A stretch of 62,146 bases of DNA, counting the filler. It is 10 parts of 10 records of this genome, joined end to end, with 100 filler letters (N's around TTAATTAATTAA, not from the genome) between each part and the next. Parts side by side here need not be neighbours in the genome. Positions count along the whole stretch, not along the records: positions 28,570 to 34,990 come from SRR15195285_1698; positions 35,091 to 47,548 come from SRR15195285_1702; 8 more parts are not named here. One strand, written 5' to 3'. How positions within the stretch are numbered: position 1 is the stretch's first letter; each line of letters opens with the position of its first letter. Made by a program: the position numbers and the translations under genes. The notes beneath the pieces were generated by a model. It did no database searches. It worked only from the letters and a program-made list of their open reading frames with translations, and was not told where the DNA came from. This document shows positions 28,600-41,679 of this stretch, piece by piece.

Positions 28600-31074
28600 A
28601 TGGCTGCGGTAGGGCCGGTCGTTGCCCACGCGTCGGCGTCTGAATCGCCGTACCTGCGCAGGTTCACGTTCATTGAGCAGCAGAATTTGAAAGTGGTCGA
28701 GATGTTTTTCCAGGTCGACACGGACGGCAACGGTGAGTTGGATGTCTGGGAGTTCGAAGATGCGCTGGTGCGTCGCTGCAATCCGCTCTTGATTACGGCC
28801 GCCGAAATTTGTTGCGCTGATTCTGGCGGGCGTTGCACAGGCGCTGATGGGACTCACCATGTCCAGCAAGGATATGCAGCTGGCGTTTGATGAGCTCGAC
28901 GAAGACGCGGGCGGTACCGTCGAGATTGAAGAGTTCATGAGCGAGTATCGCCGCTTCAAGCGCGCCCAGAAGGACGCCCAGCGTGCATTGACAGGGCAGA
29001 ACCCCGAGGACGAGCTGGCGAAGGAAGCAGGCCTGGCGGCGAAGTCCACGCTCCCCGCCTGGAAGATGGTGGGCTCTGATTCGTTTCGCATCCAAAACGA
29101 GGGCTCCAAGGAGTGGGACCTCGCCGTGATGCGGCAGACCATACGGATTATGCAGAAGTCCGAGTTTGAGGGCGGCGAAATGAGCGAGGCGAAAAAGAAG
29201 GCCATGCTGGAAGAGGCACAGGCGCGGATTGCCGAGGCGGCAGCCAGTAAGGAGGAAGAAGAGGCCGAGGAGGCCGAGGCTGCCGCTAGTAAGGAAGAGC
29301 TTGAAGCGCAGCAGGCGGAGGAGGCAATGAAGAAGGAAGAGGCAGAAGCGCTGCAGGCGAAGGATGCTGCTGCACGGGAAATGGCAGAGGCCATCGAAGC
29401 GGAGGAAGCGGCAGAGAAGGAGATGCAGGAGGCCGTCGAGGCGGAGGCAGAAGCGGCCGAGGCAGAGGCATCGGCGCACGAGGCGCTGCAGGATGCGCAG
29501 CGCGAGAAGGAGGAGGCCGAGCGAGCGGCGGACCTCGCTGCGATCAAGGCGGAAAAGGCCGAGGAGGCGCTGCAGAAGGCTGAGGAAGAGGCCGCCGATG
29601 TGGAGGAGCAGAAGCTCGTTGTGGCGGCGGTGGAGTCGGATTTAGACGATGCACTGGAAAACGGTGATATGGCCACAATCAAAGCGAAGGAGGAGGCGTT
29701 GGCCAGCGCAAAGGTTCTGCTAGACAAAGAGATCCGTGAGGCAGAAGAAGCGAAGGCCCAGGCCCAGGAAGCACTGGGCCGCGACCAAGCCGCGAAAGCA
29801 AGTGCGGAGAAGGAGAAGATCGAAGCAGACTTTGCGACGGAGATTGCAAACAAGAGGTTAGTGGAGGTGGCGGAGCTGCAGGCGGCGGCAGCGAAAGAGA
29901 GAGAAGAGGCGGAGGAGGCCAAAGAGGTTGCCGCCAAGGAGCGGCAGGAAGCGGAGGAAGCACAGGCTGCAGCACAGAAGGAGTGGGACGAGCTGACCGA
30001 AGCGAAGGAAATTTATGTGAGTATACCATCATCATTAGCAGCAGTGGTCTTTGCCTCGTTCGCGTACATGTTCACGTGTGATGTCTAGTGATGCACTCTT
30101 TCTGACCATTTGTTTGGTCAAAAACTCGCTGGGCTGTGATGTGGCAGGAGCGTGAGAGGGCAGAGGCTGACGAGGCGAAGGCAATCGCGATTCGTGAGCG
30201 GCAAGAGGCTGAAGAGGCGCGCAAAATAGCTGAAAAGGAGCGAGCAGAAGCGGAGGCAGCTAAAGAGGAATGGCGGAAACAGTGCGCTGCGGAGGCGGCA
30301 CGAAAGATGGCTGCAAATTTACGAGGGCATCACACACCGCAGCCGCCAAAAGATGACGCGTAAGCTTGCTGTGCCACTTGCAAACTAGTACCAATTACTG
30401 TGCCGCCCTGCGGCTCGCAGCGCTGCATGCTGGGTTAAGAGCATCGGAACCCCGTCAACTCAATGTCACTGCATGTGCAGCAAAAAGAAAAGATACAAGC
30501 GCATCCAGCAGATGGAACCGAAAGTCAAGATTGGCGACTACGAGGCAAAGCTGAAAGCGAAGCGCGAGAGGGCAGCACAACTCAAAGCACAGCTCGACAC
30601 TATGGAGGTCTCTTTTGCCAAGCTGCCTGCTTTGACACCTCGGATATCCCGCGCGAACAGCCCGCACTACCTAACGCAGCATGGCGCAAGAGGTAATAGA
30701 AGCGGACGACGGCGACGGCAGCAGCAGCAAGCGGCATCTGGTTCGGGCGCTGCCCAAGCCACTCATGCAACTCCGCGGGCTGTGAATAGCGGAGGCAGAA
30801 GCAGTAGTGGTCAAAAGGGCAGCAGCGACAAGTCTTCAGGCAGGAAAAACGTGAGAGCCACCCACCCTTCACACAGGCTTTCCTCCGCGCAGCCAGCACT
30901 CCCATCTGCAGTGCCAAATCATGCGCGCACATTTCTCACACTCTCGCATACGCCTACTTGTGTGTGCAGCGGAAGGGATCAGAGAGGCAACCGAAGAGCG
31001 CTAGCGCCAGGCTGCCCCAAATTGGCAGGCGGCCCGAGGTCTTCGTCACCGAGTATTTCACCTATCGGGTGTAG
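28600..31074 (+). CDS. EF-hand pair plus long Ala/Glu/Lys-rich coiled-coil protein (about 5 exons; may start in the gap)
   Basis: EF loops DTDGNGELDVWE and DEDAGGTVEIEE joined over intron 28768-28840; about 400 aa of EAEEA-type helix; last exon ends ...LPQIGRRPEVFVTEYFTYRV*. Confidence 0.8.
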
Positions 31075-31253
31075 CAGCAGACAGCAGACAAGAGGCAGCT
31101 AGCTGTTGTCTGCATGGACCGTTTTCGCGTGGGCGAAGTCTCGGTCTGATGACTATGAGTTGCTTGGTAGCTGAAAATGTCGTCATGGAGTTCGCCGTGT
31201 GACCATCAATACAAATTTCTGTTTACGATCACGTACAACCACGCCCCCATGTT

Positions 31254-34200
31254 TCAACTTGTGAGCTTTTTCAGCATTTGTATTATTGTCTGTTGCTGGG
31301 CTTGCAACGCATCAATCTTATTCTCCATGCCCTGTTGTGCATTGGACAAAGTCTCAACCTTCCTGGACAGCTCGCCCACTTGGCGCGCGACACGGCCACC
31401 TCGGGCTGGACCTTGTTCCTCTTGGCCGCCACCTTTGCTAGTGGCGTTTGGACTCTGTCCCTCATAGCGGGAGATATCGAATTTGGATCTGCTTGTGCCG
31501 GCAGATTGGTCTGAAGGTGAACTGCTGGTAGACTCATACGCGTCCGCAAGCGCTGGGCCGGCAGCGAGACTAAAATATTGGTCAAACATGTCCCAGTAAG
31601 TGTCCGTTTCAACTGGGTGCAGCCGATTCAACGTCCGCTCTGCCAAGATAGTCGGCTTAGTCGCGTCTGGCTTGTCAGGGTGCTGCTCACTGCGCAACAT
31701 ATCCGCCGTCAATCAGCATAGCGAGCAGCCCAGGGGATATCAAATCGTTGATCTATGTGATGTCCTTCCCAGCCATGATCCAAAATGCGTTCGCTAACGG
31801 TGCTTACTTGGAGTGTCTGGAGAGTGCCCCGATGCCTGTGCGCTTCGCCTGCATGAATACCATCGTGAAAAAGTGCGACGAGTCGTTCGCATCTGGGTTC
31901 TCGTTTACCACCTGTTCGTATGATTTCAAGATGATCGCAACTGGGGCGACATGTCACGATGGGCACTTTTCAGTCCAATGCTTGCAGAGCGAATGTACAC
32001 CTAGCTAGATATGTACTAGCATGATGGCAGTTACAGCAGAGAGGATCACACGTACCGAAGATGTTGACCAGCGTGAACACTATCAGAAGTGCTGTCATCC
32101 AAAAGAGACTGACCGCTGTAAGTGGCCGCAGCGAGTAAATCTCTTCAAAGTTAAAATCACCCATAGAGACACGCAATACTGAATTAAAGCTCTTCCCAAT
32201 TGTAGAGTATTCGTACAGTACTTGTCCAAACGCTGCGTGATAGCTCAGGGCTAGGCCCATGCATGGCATAGCCGCCATGATGGCGAAGACCATAATTGGA
32301 CGACCCGCCGCGCTGATCACCTTGGTGAGCAGACCCATCTGTGGAATGATGTCAAAATATTTAAAGAGCTTCACCCACATTATCAACGAATTCGGAACCA
32401 GAGTCCGCAAGTAATAGGCATTGTACAAGGAAAAGCGCGATATGCCTCCCTCAAGTGCATCAAGAGTGAGATCGAGCTCCCCCCGCCCTTCCAGCGGCAA
32501 TGGATGAGTGCGATTCGTCCCCACCATACTCGCGAGGAACCGATTGTAATGTGACTGTAGATCATCAGATTCCCCGAAGTACATTTGGAGCTTGCAGTAG
32601 AAGGCAGCCATAAAAGCGACGTAGCTGATCATTTCCAGCCCGTTCCAGCCGTCGGACAGATATGTATTCAAGCCAGTCTTGATCCATAGCCAAAGCGGAT
32701 AGATGGCACTGCGGGCCAAAATCTGATTCTTGCGACTCCGCTGGAAATCTTCTGTCTGCACGGTCATGAATTGGCCATCATAACTGAATACACCGCAGGC
32801 AATGTGATGTTAATGATTTTCGACCAGGTGCCGATACAAAAGAGGATTGGCGCGCCGTACTTGATGCGCTTCCAGATGGGACCTGTGATCAGCTTGCGCC
32901 AACCTGGAATTCCAGGCGACACGTTGCCGACTGCTGCGTTTCTCGCCTGCTCAATTGCCTTGTGCCTCGCATTGTAGGCCAAACCTGACAGGTCGTCGTG
33001 TGTCAGCGTCGATGCTGATCGAGATCTTGGCGAAGCAGTAGGTGAAGAGCTAGGCGAAGCGTCGCCGGAGGCCTAAATGAGACATCACCGAGTTCAAATT
33101 AGCTCAGTTGCGCACATGATACAGCTCGTGGCTCAGCAAAAAGCAAGCCATGGAAGCAACAGGGCTCACAAGCATTGGGTTCGCTGTGTGCACGACATTT
33201 TTGCCCGACAAAGACTTGTCTTTCTTCGAGTCTCGTGTTTCTGAATCTTGCCTGCCCATGTACATATCCATGGAAGTCGAGGACACCATACCCCAGTCGA
33301 GGTTCTGGAACGACGCGAAGAAACCGTCCGATTGCTTGTAGAGGCCCTCTGCTCGGAGATGGCGACGTGTCTCCCACATTGGCGATCCTGGGAAAAAGAA
33401 GCCGAGCAACCCTGCGACGTTGAGCAACTCGATTAAATCCTGGTGCATAGCCTGGCCCATCGTACGTATCACATCTGCCCTGACGGCGTTCGGCATGGCG
33501 AAACCTTTTTGCACTTCAGCCGGAAATTTGGCCATCTGCTTGAGCATTTCAACTCCAGTTTTATTGTACTGTTTGATCCCATCCTGGTAGGCGCGTTCAA
33601 TTGTGTTTGAGCGGTCAACTCCGCGTGGACCGTCCCAGTGCTGAATGTTGAAAGAGATCATCATACGGTCATGCAAATCGATCAAGTTCTTAATGACATC
33701 CAAGTAATTGACATGCCTCTCCAACTCGTAGAAAATCCAGTGCTGTGGATCTTTACGCGCTGCTGCCAGATGCTTGACGAAGGTGCTTGACATAGGCTCC
33801 TCCTCGAAGATGCTCAATGCAGCTGTGCCGCCCGTTGCTTTGCCCGTAAAGCTCTCATTCCATGCAATGTAGTCCCGCGCCACATCAATCCAATCAACTT
33901 GTGCGAACTTCTCGATGTTGATATGCGACGTTGAGACGTTGCGCTCGATGTGCTTGCGGCGCTTCAAATGTCTGGAGGCCTGGCCAGCAAGAGCAGCAAG
34001 ATAGCCTGGCTCAAACTCGTCCTGCCAGTGGTTTTTCCACATCACCTGCGCAAACAAGTACAGCAGGGAAGATTAGATACATCTGCCCCCTCCTCGGAAA
34101 ACGAAATGTATAGCAGGTCTAGTGTTCCTGAAAACTTACCGCGAGCTGCAGCATTGTTGCCATCTGTCCGACGTAAATTTCGTCCTGCATCTGGAGCTCA

Positions 34201-34990
34201 GCAGCTATCAGATCGACATGGATTGCCCGCATCTCATGGTGGAAAGCAAGGTACTCGCTGCTTGTTTTCGGCATGGGTGGTGCTTGCGCCATTTTCATCC
34301 TCATCGCTCTCATCTTCGTTTCTAGCCGGCTTATCGTCTGCTTCGACGGCGCAACAGACGTATCGAGATGGCTGCGCAAATCGTCATGGTCTGGAAACGC
34401 GAACGCCTCCCCTGTCGTGGGATCTCGCGGGTCGTACACTTCCGCGGACTGTTCGTGAAAGTACTGTATCTCTAGCAGCGATAAGTGCAAGGAGCGCGTG
34501 ACTATCTGCAGCGGCACGAGCATCTCAGAGTGAAAGACGCAGTCCACAATGTCTGCAAGCTCCAGAATGAACAGAAGGCACATGATGATGTAGAAGATCA
34601 GCTCGAGCGCGAAATCAAGCGGCCAGGACGCGTCGCCGCCTACGCCCTTGGCGAAGGGCTCGTGCGTTTGGATATCTAGCGTTCCAAGCGTCACGCCTCC
34701 TGAAGGGTCCAGATGAACTGTGAGACGCGCGACAATGAAGCGACGCTCAGAAGGGATGAATATTGTGAAATGGTGGCCCAGCTCAACCGTATACGGGTCC
34801 ACCCAGAGCTTTGGCGCCCAGTCGATGGTACCGCTCAAGATTCCATGCGAGACGTTGTATGGCAGGTAAAATTCGTATGCACCGCTGTTGAATCGCGTGT
34901 CCGTGTAGCACGCGCCGCCGACGCCTGAGTCCCAACGGCACGCCGAACCATCCGCATTAGAGAACCCTTGTGTGGGGTTCTGCTTCATTC
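31254..34990 (-). CDS. Polycystin-2/TRPP-like channel (5'-truncated, multi-exon) with very large S2-S3 insertion
   Basis: TOP-domain end WVDPYT...ARLTVHLDPSGGV, S2 LELIFYII..LFILEL, YLSDGWN, WVKLFKYF, FGQVLYEYST, pore MGDFNFEEI, LVNIF, C-terminal coiled coil. Confidence 0.85.
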
Positions 34991-35090
34991 NNNNNNNNNN
35001 NNNNNNNNNNNNNNNNNNNNNNNNNNNNNNNNNNTTAATTAATTAANNNNNNNNNNNNNNNNNNNNNNNNNNNNNNNNNNNNNNNNNNNN
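34991..35090. other. Artificial contig spacer
   Basis: N44-TTAATTAATTAA-N44. Confidence 0.97.
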
Positions 35091-36098
35091 CAGTACGTCC
35101 TGAACACGTCGCTCCACCAGCTTCACATCGCCTCCTCTACAGTTTAACTGGCAGTTGATCGATCTTGTATGCTGGGGGGATGTAGAGGCTGCAAAGGCCG
35201 ATGTCAAGACTTATCTGTATGACATCCGGGCGACATACGACGCAGGCTATCAGATAACCAGCTGGCCGATGGCTGCAGAGATTGGTCTGGCCGGTATGAT
35301 CTCTACGGCTGTTTGTCATGTTCTACCATGTTCTACTCCGGATTAGCTGATTGAATTAAGTACAGTGACGTATCACCTGATGATGAGCTGATTGCGACCA
35401 CAGATATGCCGAGCTACTATGGGCTTGAGAACGGACTGGACTACCTGGCGGCAAAAGTCAAGACCGAACGCCTGGCAGTCGGCACAGCTACAGAGCTAAT
35501 CCCTTGGCTCACGCCGGGGCAGACAGGTGGTACAGGCGGTCCGCACTCCGGCGATCCCGGGATTGCATTTTTTAACATGCTAATCCAGTGCTTCGCGAAT
35601 GGTGCCACTGGCTTCAACGTATACACAAGCATAGGTGAGATTCTCTACAGCTACATTCATCTCACTCACTCAGCTACATTCATCTCACCGTGATCTATCG
35701 CTCAAACATGTATAGGTGTGTACGACATGTCGATCTGGCTGGCGATGCGCGACTCGATCGCGCTTGTCACACCCTTCGAAGATATCATTGTTGACGGCAC
35801 GCCTGTAGCTTCCGTGGCGTTTTCAAAAGTGAAAGAAGCGGCCGTTGTGTCAGCAATGGTCTTGCCTTGGCAAGGTATGCTGATTGCTTCCTCTACGCTG
35901 CCGCATGGAGTGCAAACGTCATTCACGGTGACAGCGCCCAGTCATGTGCTGGACGTTGCGGCAGACTGGCTGTTGTGTGACCTCGCAACACTAAAGGCAG
36001 TGACACCAGGCTCAGACGATACTGTGACCTGGGCCGCGGAGAGCGAAAACGGCAGCGTGTTGTTGCTTGCGCAGCACACTCCTTGCCACAAAGAGTAG
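35091..36098 (+). CDS. C-terminal exons of an uncharacterised protein (possibly a glycosidase-like barrel plus beta domain), 5'-truncated
   Basis: Three coding-like segments separated by GT-AG introns (MPSYYG, IPWLTPG, FANGATGFNVY, YDMSIW); family not recognised. Confidence 0.55.
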
Positions 36099-36157
36099 CT
36101 TTGCAATACAACAGTTGTTGATAGTGTTGAAACCCACAACTGACACTATCAGCCAGG

Positions 36158-39100
36158 CTAGTTGGGTTTCAATACAGGGGCAAGGTGCGGCACAGCCTCC
36201 ACAAGCTGGCCGACGGCCCGCGGCGGCAAGCCTATCAGCGATTCCGGGCTGAGCGCTCCTGCGAGTTTGTTGATGACGGCCACCATCCTCTGATTCCTAG
36301 TTATACCGAAACCTGCATCGCCTACATCGATGCCAGCACCACGAGCTTGTGCTTGCTGCGATATAGGTTGCTGGTTAGCCACTGATGGGTGCCGCGATCC
36401 AGAACTTTTGAAGTGGGCGCTCAGTCGACTTCCACACAGAGCCAGCGCAACCTGTCCAAATTGCGCCATCGTAGGTCGTGCTGAATCACTTTGGGTGCTG
36501 CAGAGCTCATCCAAAGATATCCACTCTGCCAACGTAAGAAAGACTGCTTCCGTCGCTGCAGTGTCAGAAATTGCAGTGGAAACTGCTGAAACAGTGGCTC
36601 CAGAAATGCTCGCTGCCGATGGAAAGACCTGTGCACCAGACGGGTCGTACAGTGATGACTCTCCTCCCACAGCTAGCAGCAGCCAGGGTGCGGTCTCGAC
36701 TAGAGATGCGAGCAGCCGCCAACATAATGCTCCAAGCCAAGCCTCAGGGTCAAGCAAACCTGCTGCTGTGTACGCAAGCGACTTGAGCTGCTCTGGCTGA
36801 ATGGTCGGCAGCGTCGCACAGCGAGATGCCAACAGCTGCACAAACGTCACGGCTGCGCGCTGCCCTGGTGCTAGATTGTGCTGGAGTTCGTACATGTGAG
36901 TACTACTAGGGTCAGCCTCGCATCTGTGTGGATCGATTTGGCCTTTTATCGCCCGGAAGTATGGCACAGCAACTGAATCGCCAAATATTTGTTTGACGAT
37001 TCCAACTATGGTATCAGCAGCTAGGATCCTTTCGGCGGAGGCTTCGCCCTCAAGCTCAGAGACATCATCTTGCGTGGGGAGACGCAGGCAGACAGTGTAA
37101 AGTGCAACTGCGGCGTTCACTGGATCCTCGGTCACACTTGAGAAAAACACGCCCAGTGTCTCATCTGGATGTGGTGGGCATGGAGTAAGCGCACCCTCAG
37201 CCGCGTAGAGAGCGGTTTCCCAGTTCCCTAGCAGTGCTTCTTTGCAGTTCTTTCCGAGCATGGCTTCTGCCGCAGAGAACACGAGGCGCCAGTGCGGCGT
37301 TAACAAAGCAGCTATCAATCGGGGCCGAGCACGAAGCCACTGTCGCACGGTCTCGATCACGCCACCGGAACGGCAGTGATGAAACAGACCCCTGCAGACA
37401 TGTGTAGCCATTGCTGCGCTCCATTGGCTACATATGCGTGAGTTGTGGTGACCAGTACGCTGGAGTAGAGCTTGCTCGATAAAATTCCAGACTGTATCCA
37501 GGCCACGCGTTGGCTCTGCTTCCGTAGCACCGCCGCCCCAGAGCAACACAGGTGGAAGCAGCAGACAATAGCTCATCAGCTCGTCCAGCCTCCGAGTGTC
37601 GCGTGATGCAACATCGGCTGCGCCCGTTCCATGATTCCGCCTCAACGTTTGATGCTCGGCCACAACGAATTGCAGCAGCCACGGTGTTCCCACTTCTGCG
37701 AATTCTTCTGTCACAGCAGCAGAGAACGGTGCGCGAGCGGCCACCTGTGCAGATGGTACATGCACTGACAGAGATGCAAGCTCCTGAACGAGAAGAAGAA
37801 AGCAGTGAATTGTCTCCGGCGGCAATGGCACGGCTGCCGCTGCACTTTCTTTGACTGTTGGACCTGGAAAGGCGTGGTGAGCGGAGTCAAGCAAACCACG
37901 GAGGACAGCCGAACATATTGCGGAAGCCCCATGCTCCGTAAGATACACGTCAAACACTTGAGCTCGTAAGTAGTCAAGTTTCTGCGGTGTGGAGAATTGG
38001 TCAGCACAGATACGTAGCCTCGTTTCATACTGAATCCAGGACTCCATTGGCAACATGTTCAGTGAAAGGGGTGTTCCAAGAATCGTAAGCACATTAATCA
38101 GCTCCGTCCAATCAGCAACAAGCCACCGGTAGGCAGAAGTATCGGTGACCACAGCCTGGTCAGCACCGCTTGATGCAGCGCTACCAACGACTGATACCTG
38201 TTCCGTCAAGCAAAAGCAGCTGATTAGCAGTTCGCATAGACCAAATGTTGACAACATCAGGCTTGACATGATGAACAATGGGAGTTTGTGTCGAGTACCG
38301 AGGTATTCTGAGGAGCGCGTGACAGTACCCGACTCGGCGGTGCACCTGAAAGCCACGATCGTGTACGCTCCACCAGCCATATGCTCGGATGAAGCAACGT
38401 CGACATTGGCAAATATGCAGCACATTCATCTGCGGCCCTCGCTCGAAGCTCTGCTTGCACAGGTGTTGTGTGGAGCGCATTGCATGCAATCAGGACAGCA
38501 CGTGTGTACGATGCGCCGAAGCGCAAAAACCAGTGTAGCCACGCTCGCGATTTCCACCACGGAATTGCAGTGAACAAACTGTCTAATGCCTGCAAGCTGA
38601 TCTCTACGCCATCAGCCTTATCAGCTGGATGATCCTGATCAGCTGTCAGATCAAGATGTTCCTCAGTATCGGTGGCTCCAAGCGTTTGGCAGGAATCTAG
38701 TGCAAGATACAGTGCGACACCATCACAGGTATTTTGTTCGATCTCTGAGGCTCCAATTACGGTGACAATCCGCACCGCCTGACTGTAAATCTGACTTCGA
38801 AGCCTGTGTGTGGCTGTACAGAACGCTGCAAACTGTTCATACACGGTCCGCGCGCCATCATCTTGCGAGTGCGCTGCCTGTCCAGTCAATGCATGGCCAT
38901 ATGAAACACAGAACGACTCTAGCACTCTAGAAGCCACGGCAGCAAGATGATGTTCAGAGTCGGGCCCTGTGATGGGTCCACTAGCAGACTTCGCATCGCC
39001 CTCAACTACCTGTGCGATATTCTTTTTGATCCTGCCGCACAATTTGCTGATTTCGGAGAATTGACCAGCATTAGTGCGGTCCGCATCAGGACTCCCGCGA

Positions 39101-41162
39101 TCTGAAGACCACTGCTTCCAGTTCTGTTCGTGCTGGGCAAGCAACTTGGTTAACCGTGCACCTGGGCCATCCCCACTTGTATCGTCGTCATCATCTCCTG
39201 CCACGCATGCCAGGTCAAAAGTCTCCAACGCACCCTCTCGCACAACTTTTGTCTTCCTATCTTGCGCCAACGCTTCGATCAGCTGCCGCTGCGCAGATCG
39301 TGTTTCAACATCAGCTGAGATGGGAACTAATAGTACTGGCTCGGCAGAAAGCTGCCACCAATTTTTACGAAACATGAACCTCGAAAATATTGCCCGCGGC
39401 GCCGCGCCCGTTCGTTTAAATTCTGCAACATAGCCCTGTATCTCCTTTCTCACGTCGTCGACTGAGCCGGCTTGGTCTTGGTCATCTGCCCGTTTTCCAA
39501 TTGCCACTGATGTCTCCCCTAGATCGGCTAGTCGGGTCTTCGCGAGAGCAATATAGGCTTTGATCGCCTCTCGACAACCAGCAGGTGTTGGGTTGTTTCG
39601 TGGATTGAGTGCTGCGATATGAAGCTTGAGATATTGACTCCCTTCCCGCGGAACCTGGACTGTTAGTGCACGCACGAGTGCGAGGACCGATTTCTTGACT
39701 GAACCTCCTGCACCTGATACCACAAATGTATCGCGGAAGCACTCGAGGTAGCGTTTGTATTGGGCCTGCATGTCGGGTTGCTCCTCACTCTGCAGCCCAA
39801 AAGTAATGAAGCGCAGCAGCGTTATCGACGATAAAACTCGCCCTAATGGTCCGCTCTGTTGCTCGGCTCCTTGAGATCCCAGTTCGGCGGTTGCTTCGGT
39901 AAACACTATACGAAGGTTTTCGAGCAAGACAGGCACAATGGATGGATCCGCACCGATGACCTTCGGTATCAGCATTACAAGAAAAGTCCAATCTGTCTCC
40001 TCGCGGCGCACTACCCGGTCGATTGCGATAGCAACGTTGGCCGCGCTCAGGTGCGGGTGGGCAACGAACAGCGAGACAACATCATTCTGCAGCCGCGTCG
40101 ACATCGCAGTAGAATCATGCGCTACAGTCACAGCTTCAGTCTGCGCACAGGCTGCAGACAACACTGACAGAGAGCTGCCAACCCCGGTCACTTCTGGATG
40201 CGGATGAGTCAAACAGTGCAGAAAGTGATCCTGAAGCAGCTGATGGGCTGGGGCTGAGCCGGCCGACATCGGTTCAGAGGCCAGGTTACCCGCCACACGG
40301 AGTAGTTTGAGCTGTATCAGAAGGCTAGGATCGGGCTGCATAGAGAACACTTGATCGCTGGTGGCCAGCGCGTTCAGGAGCTTGCCAGCGACATCTGGTG
40401 CCTTGCTGCTGCTGAAGCTACCAGCACAGAAGTGATCGCCTGTGTGCACAATTGCCAGAAGCTCACGGAATAGCCCCGGTAAAATCATTGCGTCTGCGAA
40501 AACAGTGACGTGCCCGGCTCAGGCTAGGCAAAATCAGTGAGGGACGCGAGTGGCTACTTATACTGTACTACTGTAGGTTCCGCACCGTCGCGACCGACGC
40601 GCAGCTCATCATTGGCAAGACTGCGAATTCCTTGAACAATAGCATCGAGCGACACATCGGAAGCCGCCTCGAGAAGCTGTTCAATCGGCACTACACGTGC
40701 TGTATGCAGCCGCCAAACTGCTCGCAGGGTCGGCCGGCTCCTGACGGCGACTAGAAAGTGTGCAACAAAGCGGGAGCGGTTGAACTCGCGCGACCCCTGA
40801 AGCTGCTGAATCACGGCGAGCACCGCCTCAGCCTCACGGGGTGCGGAGGTATCCAACGCAGCAGTAGCGCTCTCGACAGCCGCTAGCTGCGTAGCCAGCA
40901 CCGTCGCTGCCACCTCCGGAAACTGTGCGCTCGTGTGCTGCCGTCGGACCTGGTTCACCTGCCGTGCAATCTGCTCCCTCGTGGACTGCTGCTCGGCGCC
41001 CGTCTGATCCACTTGAAACACAGGCAGCTCGGCGTCTGCGGCGTCACGCTCGCGCTCCAGCCGAGCACCAAGACCACACGGCACGCCATCTGCGGCAGGC
41101 TCGAAGAGCCGTGCGCGCTTCTGCGCCCTGTCAATGAGTTCCAGTGCGCGCTGCCGCAACAT
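36158..41162 (-). CDS. FANCA: Fanconi anaemia group A (FANCA)-like alpha-solenoid protein, at least 3 exons
   Basis: Colinear matches to human FANCA motifs: LRAVWRLHTARVVPIEQLLE ([20 protein letters not shown]), KKSVLAL..LTVQVPREGSQYLKLHI (KKALVFL..LSELVPFESPRYLQVHI), YIALAKTRLADL (YISLAKTRLADL), EFKRTGAAP...FRK (VFEHTGNIP...FRR). Confidence 0.8.
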
Positions 41163-41679
41163 GGATCCCCCAGGCTGGAGCAGACGTCGCAAAGGCGACA
41201 ACCAGTACCTGCTGCTGGACGGCGAGCAACAGCAAGGGGGGCCGCCCGCGAGATCCACGTGACGCTTCGCGCCTCCTGCCAGTGGTGTTACTGTGTAGAT
41301 GACGGTATACGCCTGTATCGGGTTGGATGGGCTATTCCTACCCCTGCTAAGCTACAAGAGGGGGAGAGGGAGCGAGGCTAGGCGCTGTACGTATACTGTA
41401 GCCCAGCATCGCGGTTTGAACTTCAAGATGAGCTCATAGTCAACCTGGGCACTGCGGGGGTCAGCTTGTCGCAACTTTGTCGCTGCCCCAGCACTTGAAC
41501 CACCGGAGGGTGGACGAATTACGACTGTGGTGTGCGGAGTTTGCAACGCAGATGGGTCGAAAAGACTACGAGTTTCCAACACGCACCACACGAAGAGTCT
41601 CCCACTCAACCGTATGGGGGTCCTCATACGAATGACTGATAAACTAAAGTTCTCCATTAGTAGATCGTCGACGTGGCCG

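Noticed and set aside
28522-29937. 471-aa Ser/Ala-rich minus-strand ORF
   Set aside because: Antisense shadow of the Glu/Ala coiled-coil gene
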